Shown: piece by piece, positions 1 through 7,682 of the stretch
Position numbering within the stretch: position 1 is the stretch's first letter
How the letters are laid out: each line of letters starts with the position of its first letter
DNA from: an uncultured Actinomycetes bacterium
GTDB lineage: Bacteria; Actinomycetota; Acidimicrobiia; Acidimicrobiales; Acidimicrobilacustridaceae
NCBI GenBank assembly: GCA_963793025.1
Contig: CAWBYL010000001.1
Location: 266,454-290,453 of the forward strand
Direction of reading: 5' to 3'
DNA length: 24,000 nucleotides
Translations under genes and position numbers: made by a program
Notes under the pieces: generated by a model
Database searches by the model: none
What the model was told of the DNA's origin: nothing
Seen by the model: only the letters and a program-made list of their open reading frames with translations

Positions 1-1259
1 ACGAGGAGGAGGCACAGGAGCATCTCGGACGGCAGGTTCAGGTGGCTTTCGAGCGCGATCAGCACCAGGGCCAGCACTGGTATGCCGGTCACGCACATGG
101 CCCATCCAGCGAGCCGGCGGCTGGTGCTGAGGGTGGCGGGCCGACGGCGACGGCGAGGGAGAAGTCGCGGCCTGTTCGCGGTGGCGACCTCAGGCGGTGA
201 GATCACGTGCACGTCGATCTCGCTCGCCCTGCGGATCACGCGGTTGATGACCGACCCTCCGGCGACCACTTCGCGCCAGCGACCCCGACCGGAGGCACCG
301 AGGACGAGTTGGGTCGCGTTCTCGGTCACTGCGAAGCGCACCAGGCTCTCGGCGGGATCGGCCCCGACGACTTCGTGGTAGGCACCGCCCAGGTCGTCCA
401 GCAGGCGCCGGTGGTTCGCGAGGCGATCGAGGTCCTCCTCCACGCCGGCGTCGGAGCGCACGTGGATGCCGAGCAGCTCGGCATGGGACCGCTCGGCCAT
501 GCGGGATGCCCGACGGACCAAGGCCTCCCCGCTGGCCGCACCGGTCATCGCCACCACGATGCGCTCTCGTGTCTCCCATGGTTGGTGGATCCCGTGGCTC
601 TGTCGGTACTCACGCATCGACTCGTCGACCCGGTCAGCGGTCCACAGCAGCGCCAGTTCGCGCAGCGCCGAGAGGTTGCCGACGCGGAAGTAGTTGGCGA
701 GGGCGGCGTCCACCTTGTCCGAGGTGTAGATGTTGCCGTGAGCCATTCGACGCCGGAGGGCCTCCGGCGTCATGTCCACGAGCTCGATCTGGTCGGCAGC
801 GCGAACGACCTCGTCGGGGACGGTCTCTTGTTGGCGCACCCCGGTGATCTCCTCGACCACGTCGTTGACGCTCTCGAGATGCTGGACGTTCACGGTCGAG
901 ACCACGTCGATGCCCGCGGCCAGCAGATCCTCCACGTCCTGCCACCGCTTGGCGTTCCTGCTGCCCGGCACGTTGGTATGGGCAAGCTCGTCGACGAGGG
1001 CGACCTCGGGCTGCCGGGCGAGCACCGAATCGAGGTCCATCTCCTCGAAGGTCGTGCCCCGGTGGTCGATCCGTCGGCGGTGAACCACCTCGAGGTCACG
1101 CAGCTGCTCGGCCGTTCGGTGCCGTCCGTGGGTTTCTACGTACCCCACCACCACGTCGGTGCCCCGGCGCTGACGCCGCCAACCTTCGTCGAGCATGGCG
1201 AACGTCTTGCCCACCCCTGGCGCGGCGCCGAGGTAGATGCGCAGCTGCCCGCGAGTCAT
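1..1259 (-). CDS. kdpD: Sensor histidine kinase KdpD, N-terminal ~419 aa; the 3' end runs off the left edge of the window
   Basis: Absent from the ORF track because no stop lies in the window. My reverse-complement translation from the ATG at 1259 gives MTRGQLRIYLGAAPGVGKTFAMLDEGWRRQRRGTDVVVGYVETHGRHRTAEQLRDLEVVHRRRIDHRGTTFEEMDLDSVL. This is the KdpD N-terminal P-loop domain (GAAPGVGKT). The segments I translated (about 1021-1259 and 1-260) are in frame and stop-free, and the track lists no minus-strand ORF in this frame. The frame ends in ...RRLAGWAMCVTGIPVLALVLIALESHLNLPSEMLLCLLLV, the start of the membrane region. The gene is divergent from kdpFABC. Confidence 0.9.
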   Translation of the reverse strand, partial: MTRGQLRIYLGAAPGVGKTFAMLDEGWRRQRRGTDVVVGYVETHGRHRTAEQLRDLEVVHRRRIDHRGTTFEEMDLDSVLARQPEVALVDELAHTNVPGSRNAKRWQDVEDLLAAGIDVVSTVNVQHLESVNDVVEEITGVRQQETVPDEVVRAADQIELVDMTPEALRRRMAHGNIYTSDKVDAALANYFRVGNLSALRELALLWTADRVDESMREYRQSHGIHQPWETRERIVVAMTGAASGEALVRRASRMAERSHAELLGIHVRSDAGVEEDLDRLANHRRLLDDLGGAYHEVVGADPAESLVRFAVTENATQLVLGASGRGRWREVVAGGSVINRVIRRASEIDVHVISPPEVATANRPRLLPRRRRRPATLSTSRRLAGWAMCVTGIPVLALVLIALESHLNLPSEMLLCLLL

Positions 1260-1261
1260 CT

Positions 1262-1891
1262 CTAGAAGCTAGGTCCCGGCATCGCCGGACGGCCGTGCGT
1301 GTCGAGGCACAGGGCGAGCACGTCGATCGCCATCACCGCTCCGAGCAGGCCGGCCGTCGACACCGGGCTGGGGGTCGCGGGTACGAGCACGATCGAGCCG
1401 AAGGCTCGATCGTGCACCGACAGCTGACGCTGGACACCGTGTGGCGGGAGGCCGCGTTGCTCGTTCGGCCAGCGGTAGGGACCGAAACGGATCGTGCCAT
1501 CGGCTTCGAGCTTCGCGGCGGGGACGGGCTCGCCCTCCCGTGCCCACCGGCAGTCGGCCAGGCCGAGAAGCCTGGTCAGGTCATAGGCGGCGCGAATGAC
1601 GACGAGGTCAGGGTCATCGCCGGCGACCGCGGAGGCAACCACATCGGCGACCACGGAGGCCGACTCCACACCGGGGCGCCGGATCCTTCGGACGAGCCAC
1701 AGCACGACGAGCCGACCGAGAAGGGTCGCGAGACCTGCACCGATCACACCGACCAGCAACATCTCGACCCATGTCGGCGGGCCACCTGACTGACCGGTCA
1801 CGTACTCCACGCAGAACATGGATCTGTTGTACGCCGCCGTGAGCCCGTTGGGCAGGGGCGACTGCGTGAAGATCTGAGGGGCGGGCGTCAA
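1262..1891 (-). CDS. Hypothetical single-pass membrane protein translationally coupled to kdpD; the start is uncertain
   Basis: The ORF track gives 209 aa. The stop TAG (1262-1264) lies 2 nt before the kdpD ATG (1259). There is one clear TM helix (MLLVGVIGAGLATLLGRLVVLWLV) followed by RRIRRPG, and third codon positions are mostly G/C. The listed start is TTG at 1891, with in-frame ATG alternatives at 1819 and 1762. I recognise no family. Confidence 0.55.
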   Translation of the reverse strand: MTPAPQIFTQSPLPNGLTAAYNRSMFCVEYVTGQSGGPPTWVEMLLVGVIGAGLATLLGRLVVLWLVRRIRRPGVESASVVADVVASAVAGDDPDLVVIRAAYDLTRLLGLADCRWAREGEPVPAAKLEADGTIRFGPYRWPNEQRGLPPHGVQRQLSVHDRAFGSIVLVPATPSPVSTAGLLGAVMAIDVLALCLDTHGRPAMPGPSF

Positions 1892-2011
1892 GAAGACGTC
1901 AAGAGCGTCGACAACCGCCCCGCACCGGCGTTATCCCGGTCGAGCAGCCCCCACGGAGAGGGCTGCGACGGGGCCGACCGGTCCTCGTCCACACATCCGG
2001 TGGGAGCCCCA

Positions 2012-2155
2012 ATGGCCGATCTCGCCTTCGTGGCCGTGACCCTGACCTTCTTCGCCCTCTGCCTCCTGCTCGTCAAGGCCTGCGACCGCATCATCGGGCC
2101 CGATGAAGGGCTGCTCGACGAGGATGTCCCCGACCTCGAGGCCGCGGCCCGATGA
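2012..2155 (+). CDS. Unannotated small membrane protein (47 aa) immediately upstream of kdpF and overlapping it
   Basis: Hand translation gives [52 protein letters not shown] lies 5 nt upstream of the ATG at 2012. About 42 of 47 codons end in G/C. The stop TGA (2153-2155) overlaps the kdpF ATG (2152-2154) as ATGA. The product is one TM helix plus an acidic tail. It is too short to appear in the ORF track. Confidence 0.5.
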   Translation: MADLAFVAVTLTFFALCLLLVKACDRIIGPDEGLLDEDVPDLEAAAR

Positions 2156-2241
2156 ACGTCGACACGGCCATCGGCCTCGTACTGGCGCTGTTGATCTCCG
2201 GGTACCTGGTGGCCGCGCTCGTGATCCCCGAGAAGCTGTGA
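2152..2241 (+). CDS. kdpF: K+-transporting ATPase subunit F (29 aa)
   Basis: Hand translation gives [29 protein letters not shown]. It has the same 29-aa length and GYLV-x-AL core as E. coli KdpF (MSAGVITGVLLVFLLLGYLVYALINAEAF, recalled from memory). The stop TGA (2239-2241) overlaps the kdpA ATG (2241) by 1 nt. Confidence 0.8.
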   Translation: MNVDTAIGLVLALLISGYLVAALVIPEKL

Positions 2242-3956
2242 TGTCCGGGGCCGGCTGGACGCAGCTCCTCGTTCTGATCGTGATGGTGGCGGCCACCGCG
2301 CCGCTCCTCGGCATCTACATCGCCCGCATCTTCGGTGACGACGAGGTGCGCCCCCTCGACAGGGTGTTCGGCCCGATCGAGCGATTCGTCTTCCGTGTCG
2401 GTGGGATCGGAAGTCGTGAGCAGCGGTGGACCGGGTACGCCATCTCGCTGCTCGCCTTCTCCGCGGTGTCAGTCCTCGCCCTCTACGCCCTGCAGCGGCT
2501 GCAAGGCGCCCTACCCCTCAACCCCAATGGCGCTCCCGGGGTGCCCGCACCCCTGTCGTTCAACACGGCAGTGAGCTTCGTCACCAACACGAACTGGCAG
2601 AACTACGCGGGTGAGTCGACCATGTCGCAGCTCACCCAGATGGCCGGCCTCACGGTGCAGAACTTCGTGTCGGCGGCCGTGGGCCTCACCGTCGCCATCG
2701 CCCTCATCCGTGGTCTCGTCCGCCGCCGGCGCTCGACCGTCGGCAACTTCTGGGTCGACCTCACTCGCGGCGTGGTGCGCATCCTTCTCCCCCTCTCGTT
2801 CCTGATCGCCATCGGGTTCGCCTCACAGGGCGTGATCCAGAACCTCAGCGGCGCCAAGCAGGTGACCACCGTCGAGGGCTCGTCGCAGACGATCGTTCAG
2901 GGCCCCGTGGCCAGCCAGGAGGCCATCAAGCAGCTCGGCACCAACGGCGGCGGCGTCACCAACGCCAACTCCGCCCACCCGTACGAGAACCCGAACGGGC
3001 TGACAAACCTCATCCAGATGTGGGCGCTGCTGGTCATCCCGTTCTCGCTGCCGTTCGCCTTCGGCCGCATGGCCAAGGACCGGCGCCAGGGGCTCGCCGT
3101 ACTGTCGGCCATGTTGGCGCTCTGGATCGTCGGCGCCCTGTTCGCCATGCACTTCGAGGGCGTCGGCAACTCCAACCTCACCTCGCTCGGCGTCGACCAG
3201 TCGATCACCTCGACCCAGCCCGGCGGGAACATGGAGGGCAAGGAGACCCGGTTCGGGCCCGAGCTCAGCGGCCTCTACGCCAACAGCACCACCGGCACCT
3301 CGACCGGCGCGGTGATCTCGTCGCACGACAGCTTCACTGCCGCAGGCGGCGCGGTGCCGCTCGTGCAGATCATGCTCGGGGAGGTCTCCCCCGGCGGCGT
3401 CGGTGCCGGCCTCTACGGCATCGTGGTCTTCGCCCTGCTGAGCGTGTTCATCGCCGGCCTGATGGTGGGACGGACACCCGAGTACCTGGGCAAGAAGATC
3501 CAGGCCTCGGAGATGAAGCTCGTCGTGCTCTACATCCTGTTCGTCCCGCTCTGCGTGCTCGGCTTCACCGCCATCTCGGTGGTGGCGAGCTGGGGCCTGT
3601 CGTCGCTGCTGAACACCGGACCCCACGGGCTGACGGAGATGACCTACGCCTTCGCCTCGGCCGGCAACAACAACGGCTCGGCGTTCGGCGGGCTGAGCGG
3701 CAACACCGACTGGTTCAACGTCACCCTCGGGATCTCGATGCTGGTCGGCCGGTTCTTCCTCATCGTCCCGGCGTTGGCGATCGCCGGCTCGCTGGTGCGC
3801 AAGCAGAAGGTCCCCGTCTCGGCGGGCACCTTTCCCACCGGCACGCCGCTGTTCGCCACCCTCCTCACCGGCGTCATCGTGATCGTCGTCGGTCTGACGT
3901 ACTTCCCGGTCGTGGCCCTGGGCCCGATCGTCGAGCAGCTCACCCAGGGGTCCTGA
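2241..3956 (+). CDS. kdpA: K+-transporting ATPase subunit A (571 aa)
   Basis: This is the in-frame part of track ORF 2103..3956, starting at [31 protein letters not shown]. It is a polytopic membrane protein with typical KdpA segments ([24 protein letters not shown]). The upstream 46 codons of the track ORF overlap kdpF and the small ORF and are rejected. Confidence 0.92.
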   Translation: MSGAGWTQLLVLIVMVAATAPLLGIYIARIFGDDEVRPLDRVFGPIERFVFRVGGIGSREQRWTGYAISLLAFSAVSVLALYALQRLQGALPLNPNGAPGVPAPLSFNTAVSFVTNTNWQNYAGESTMSQLTQMAGLTVQNFVSAAVGLTVAIALIRGLVRRRRSTVGNFWVDLTRGVVRILLPLSFLIAIGFASQGVIQNLSGAKQVTTVEGSSQTIVQGPVASQEAIKQLGTNGGGVTNANSAHPYENPNGLTNLIQMWALLVIPFSLPFAFGRMAKDRRQGLAVLSAMLALWIVGALFAMHFEGVGNSNLTSLGVDQSITSTQPGGNMEGKETRFGPELSGLYANSTTGTSTGAVISSHDSFTAAGGAVPLVQIMLGEVSPGGVGAGLYGIVVFALLSVFIAGLMVGRTPEYLGKKIQASEMKLVVLYILFVPLCVLGFTAISVVASWGLSSLLNTGPHGLTEMTYAFASAGNNNGSAFGGLSGNTDWFNVTLGISMLVGRFFLIVPALAIAGSLVRKQKVPVSAGTFPTGTPLFATLLTGVIVIVVGLTYFPVVALGPIVEQLTQGS

Positions 3957-4063
3957 GATGGAGGAGCCGATGACCGTCACCACCCCTGAGCCGGCACCGA
4001 TCGAGGAGCGGCCCCCGAAGGTCCGTCGAGCGCGGCGCCGCCTCCCTCTTCGACCCGGCGATC

Positions 4064-6058
4064 ATGCGCCAGGCGTCCATCGACGCCCTCCGCAAGCTCG
4101 ACCCCCGACAGATGGCCCGCAACCCGGTCATGTTCGTGGTGGAGATCGGCAGCGTCTTCACGACCTACCTGTTCTTCAAGAACCTGAGCACGGCGAGCTC
4201 GGCCGACAACTGGTTCACCGGACTCGTCGCCCTGTGGCTGTGGTTCACCGTGCTGTTCGCCAACTTCGCCGAGGCCGTGGCCGAGGGGCGGGGCAAGGCC
4301 CAGGCTGACACCCTGCGCAAGACCCGCTCGGAGACCACGGCCTTCGTGCAGACGCCCGACGGCAGCATCGAGGAGCGGCCCTCCTCGGCGCTCGACATCG
4401 GCGACCTCTGCGTCGTCGAGGCCGGCGAGCTGATCCCCGGTGATGGCGACGTCGTCGAGGGCATCGCCACCGTGGACGAGAGCGCCATCACAGGCGAGTC
4501 GGCCCCGGTGATCCGCGAGTCCGGCGGCGACCGCTCGGCCGTCACCGGCGGCACCCGGGTGCTCTCGGATCGCATCGTGGTGCGCATCACCACCCGGCCG
4601 GGCGAGAGCTTCCTCGACCGGATGATCTCGCTCGTCGAGGGCGCCAGCCGCCAGAAGACGCCGAACGAGATCGCCCTCAACATCCTGCTGGTGGGGCTCA
4701 CGCTCATCTTCCTGCTGACCACGATCACCCTCCAGCCCTTCGCCATCTACTCCGGCGCCGAGCAGTCCCTCGTGGTCCTGGTGGCGCTGCTGGTGTGCCT
4801 CATCCCGACGACCATCGGAGCGCTGCTCTCGGCCATCGGCATCGCCGGTATGGACCGGCTCGTGCAGCGCAACGTGCTGGCCATGAGCGGCCGGGCCGTC
4901 GAGGCGGCGGGCGACGTGTCGACGCTGCTGCTCGACAAGACCGGCACCATCACCTTCGGCAACCGCCAGGCGGCGGAGTTCATCCCCGTCGGTGGCCACA
5001 GCGAGCGCGACGTCGCCGAGGCGGCGCTGGCCTCGAGCCTCGCCGACGAGACCCCCGAGGGCCGTTCGATCGTGACCCTCGCCGAGGCGCAGTTCGGGCT
5101 CACCGCCCCGGACATGCCCGGGGCCGAGCTGGTGCCCTTCACCGCCCAGACCCGGATGAGCGGCGTCGACTGGGAGGGCCGCTCCATCCGCAAGGGGGCC
5201 AACGACTCGCTGGTCGCCTGGGTCCGCGAGCAGGGAGGCGACGTGCCCCACGAGCTCGAGGTGGTGGTGAACGGCGTGGCCACCAGCGGCGGCACGCCCC
5301 TCACTGTCGCCGAGGGCGGCCGCATCATCGGTGTGATCCACCTCAAGGACGTGGTGAAGCCGGGCATGCGGGAGCGCTTCGACGAGCTGCGGGCCATGGG
5401 CATCCGCACGGTGATGATCACCGGCGACAACCCGCTGACCGCAGCCTCGATCGCGGCCGAGGCCGGGGTCGACGACTTCCTGGCCGAGGCCACGCCCGAG
5501 GACAAGATGGCGCTCATAAGGACGGAGCAGGCCGGAGGCTTCCTCGTGGCCATGACCGGCGATGGGACCAACGACGCACCGGCCCTGGCCCAAGCCGACG
5601 TCGGCGTAGCCATGAACACCGGGACCCAGGCCGCCAAGGAGGCCGGGAACATGGTCGACCTCGACTCCGACCCGACCAAGCTCATCGAGATCGTGGAGAT
5701 CGGCAAACAGCTCCTCATCACTCGCGGCTCGCTGACGACCTTCTCGATCGCCAACGACGTAGCCAAGTACTTCGCCATCATCCCGGCGATGTTCGTCGGC
5801 GTGTTCCCAGCCCTCGACACCTTGAACGTGATGAAGCTCTCGAACCCCCACACCGCGATCCTCAGCGCCGTCATCTTCAACGCCCTCATCATCGTGGCCC
5901 TCATCCCCCTCGCGTTGCGCGGGGTCAGGTTCCGGGCCATGAGCGCCTCGACGATTCTTCGCCGCAACCTCCTCATCTACGGCGCGGGCGGGCTGATCAC
6001 CCCCTTCATCGGCATCAAGCTCATCGACCTGATCGTGACTGCTCTGGGGGTCAACTGA
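4064..6058 (+). CDS. kdpB: K+-transporting P-type ATPase subunit B; coordinates run from the first in-frame ATG, but the true N-terminus appears to lie in another frame from 3958 (see findings)
   Basis: 664 aa. It has the P-type ATPase motifs [14 protein letters not shown] (the phosphorylated Asp), [10 protein letters not shown] and [18 protein letters not shown]. The stop TGA (6056-6058) overlaps the kdpC ATG (6058) by 1 nt. Confidence 0.9.
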   Translation: MRQASIDALRKLDPRQMARNPVMFVVEIGSVFTTYLFFKNLSTASSADNWFTGLVALWLWFTVLFANFAEAVAEGRGKAQADTLRKTRSETTAFVQTPDGSIEERPSSALDIGDLCVVEAGELIPGDGDVVEGIATVDESAITGESAPVIRESGGDRSAVTGGTRVLSDRIVVRITTRPGESFLDRMISLVEGASRQKTPNEIALNILLVGLTLIFLLTTITLQPFAIYSGAEQSLVVLVALLVCLIPTTIGALLSAIGIAGMDRLVQRNVLAMSGRAVEAAGDVSTLLLDKTGTITFGNRQAAEFIPVGGHSERDVAEAALASSLADETPEGRSIVTLAEAQFGLTAPDMPGAELVPFTAQTRMSGVDWEGRSIRKGANDSLVAWVREQGGDVPHELEVVVNGVATSGGTPLTVAEGGRIIGVIHLKDVVKPGMRERFDELRAMGIRTVMITGDNPLTAASIAAEAGVDDFLAEATPEDKMALIRTEQAGGFLVAMTGDGTNDAPALAQADVGVAMNTGTQAAKEAGNMVDLDSDPTKLIEIVEIGKQLLITRGSLTTFSIANDVAKYFAIIPAMFVGVFPALDTLNVMKLSNPHTAILSAVIFNALIIVALIPLALRGVRFRAMSASTILRRNLLIYGAGGLITPFIGIKLIDLIVTALGVN

Positions 6059-6636
6059 TGCGACGCCAGCTCCATGCCGCCCTGCGAATGGTGGTCATCC
6101 TCACCGTGCTGCTCGGCATCGCCTATCCCCTCGTCGTCACCGGCATCACCCAGCTGGCCTTCAACGACAAGGCCAATGGCTCGATGGTGACGGTCGACGG
6201 CACCGAGGTGGGGTCGTCGCTGATCGGCCAGCCCTTCACCGGCGACCGCTACTTCTGGCCCCGCCCCTCGGCCGCGGGCGACGGCTACGACGCCATGGCG
6301 TCGGGACCGTCGAACCTCGGCCCCAACGACTCGACCCTGCTCTCCGACGTGGACGCTCGGGCCAGCGCCTACCGGGAGGCCAACGGACTGGCAGCTGATG
6401 ACGAGGTCCCGGCCGACGCGGTCACCGCCTCCGCCTCCGGCCTCGACCCCCAGATCTCCATAGCCAACGCCCGACTGCAGACCCGCCGCGTCGCCCTCGC
6501 CCGAAGCCTCCCCGTCGAACAGGTGCAGGCCCTCGTCGACCAAGCCACCGAGCAGCCCTCGTTGGGGTTCCTCGGCGAGCGAGGAGTGAATGTCCTGTTG
6601 CTCAACCTGCTGCTCGATCAACCTCACCGCACCTGA
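6058..6636 (+). CDS. kdpC: K+-transporting ATPase subunit C (192 aa)
   Basis: This is the last 192 aa of track ORF 4795..6636: [42 protein letters not shown]...ASGLDPQISIANA. It has an N-terminal TM anchor plus KdpC-type soluble-domain motifs. The upstream part of that track ORF is an out-of-frame read through kdpB. Confidence 0.88.
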   Translation: MRRQLHAALRMVVILTVLLGIAYPLVVTGITQLAFNDKANGSMVTVDGTEVGSSLIGQPFTGDRYFWPRPSAAGDGYDAMASGPSNLGPNDSTLLSDVDARASAYREANGLAADDEVPADAVTASASGLDPQISIANARLQTRRVALARSLPVEQVQALVDQATEQPSLGFLGERGVNVLLLNLLLDQPHRT

Positions 6637-7060
6637 CGACGGTGGTCACTATGGAATGACTCTGCCACGACCTTCGGATGCTGCCTCCCGCAGCCTCATC
6701 TGGCGAATCACCGGGAGATCAGACGCGAGCCAACTTCGGCCTTGGCTGGCACGTGCCGCTCCGATCGCCTGCCTGCCTTGCTATCGGAGGTCAGTGGCCG
6801 TGGCCGGGCTCCACGCCATGGGCATCGTCCGCAACCCAGCGAGCGTCGTGCCCACCGTCGAACTTCCAGCTCACCGTCGAGCGTCAGACACGCGGTTATC
6901 GCGTGTTGACACAGCCGTCCAGGCCACTCCACCGTGTCGAGCTTCCCCCGCTGGCTGGCGACGATCCTGTCGATTCGGTCCTGAGCCAAAGGCGTGTCCC
7001 AGCGGATCCGTGGTATGCATGCCGGCCCTGGATGTTGCGTGGATTCCGAGGAGGCTGGCG

Positions 7061-7543
7061 ATGGTCGAGAACGCTGAGAGACCTGTTTGGCAGGAGTTCG
7101 CAGACAGAGTTGAGATCACGGAGTTGCTCGGGCGTTACGCGCACACGATCGATTCGATGGACTGGTCGTTGCTCCGTACGGTCTTCACGCATGACGTCGT
7201 GGCCGACTTCTCTTCGGTCGGACAGTACGTCGAGGGAGACGGGACGGTGACCGGGTTCGACGCTCTCGTGGCCTGGTATGAGGAGGCCCTGGCCCCGTTC
7301 TTCGGGGTTCTGCATTTCATGACCAACCACCTCATCGAGCTCGACGAAGACACTGCGCGGACCCGGAGCTACATGCACGTCCTGAACATGAGTATGGGAG
7401 GCATCTACCACTCCGAATGTGTCCGCACTCATGAAGGCTGGCGGATCCGGTATTTCCGCCTCGAGGAGCGTCGCTGGGACGATGTCGTTGCCAGTCTCGA
7501 GGGCCACATGACAGAAGTCGACACCCAGATCGACCCTTCCTGA
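7061..7543 (+). CDS. SnoaL-like / NTF2-fold family protein (160 aa)
   Basis: This is the in-frame part of track ORF 6590..7543, from MVENAERPVWQEFADRVEITELLGRYAHTIDSMDWSLLRTVFTHDVVADFS. That is the characteristic opening of SnoaL_4/NTF2-like proteins (I-x-E-L-x-x-R-Y-A-x-x-x-D-x-x-D-W). Sequence upstream of 7061 in this frame is not protein-like. Codon usage is atypical for the window (AGA, GTT, CGT, TTG, CAT, GAT). Confidence 0.75.
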   Translation: MVENAERPVWQEFADRVEITELLGRYAHTIDSMDWSLLRTVFTHDVVADFSSVGQYVEGDGTVTGFDALVAWYEEALAPFFGVLHFMTNHLIELDEDTARTRSYMHVLNMSMGGIYHSECVRTHEGWRIRYFRLEERRWDDVVASLEGHMTEVDTQIDPS

Positions 7544-7581
7544 ACGCGAGAACGGCGCGCACAGATTGCCCGCACTGTCGG

Positions 7582-7668
7582 CGATGGGACGCTCGTTCAC
7601 TGATCAGGTCGAGATCGTCGACGAACGAGCGGGTCGAGCCACGGGTCGAAGCTGGCGCGGTCCCATCG
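7582..7668. repeat. Nested inverted repeat between the convergent SnoaL-like gene and rel; possibly a bidirectional terminator structure
   Basis: The outer arms are CGATGGGAC (7582-7590) and GTCCCATCG (7660-7668). The inner arms are GCTCGTTC (7591-7598) and GAACGAGC (7623-7630). GGTCGAG occurs twice in the loop (7607, 7632), with GGGTCGAA at 7643. No U-tract follows on either strand, so a terminator role is only an inference. Confidence 0.3.
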
Positions 7669-7682
7669 ACCGCCATCGAAGG

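Noticed and set aside
207-1265. A 352-aa plus-strand ORF overlapping the whole kdpD region.
   Set aside because: It is antisense to a frame that translates into an unmistakable KdpD N-terminal domain. Its own product is Gly/His/Asp/Val/Arg-biased with no recognisable motifs, a typical stop-poor antisense frame in high-GC DNA.
1893-1909. Tandem AAGACGTC / AAGAGCGTC half-sites as a candidate KdpE (OmpR-family) operator.
   Set aside because: It is only two short, adjacent, imperfect repeats with 8-9 nt spacing rather than the ~10-11 nt expected for OmpR-type direct repeats. It also embeds trivial GACGTC and GTCGAC palindromes. That is too weak to call.
1892-2011. A possible riboswitch or leader (for example the c-di-AMP ydaO/kimA class, known to control kdp in some Firmicutes) in the divergent kdp promoter region.
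   Set aside because: I could not recognise the conserved ydaO sequence blocks or a convincing pseudo-symmetric fold by eye. The region is only ~120 nt and must also hold two divergent promoters. A covariance-model scan (Rfam) would be needed to decide.
2823-5976. Long minus-strand ORFs (2823..3983, 3977..5851, 4747..5976, 4165..4746) opposite kdpA and kdpB.
   Set aside because: They are antisense to genes with diagnostic P-type ATPase and KdpA motifs. The products are Arg/Gly/Asp/His-rich low-information sequences, so they are high-GC artefacts.
6708-6989. A 93-aa minus-strand ORF, and the overlapping 82-aa ORF 6871..7119, as real genes in the kdpC-SnoaL spacer.
   Set aside because: The products are Arg/Cys/Gly-rich and low-information, there is no RBS or family match, and protein-like stretches switch frame across stops. 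I treat them as possible pseudogene debris (see the low-GC islet finding), not as CDSs.
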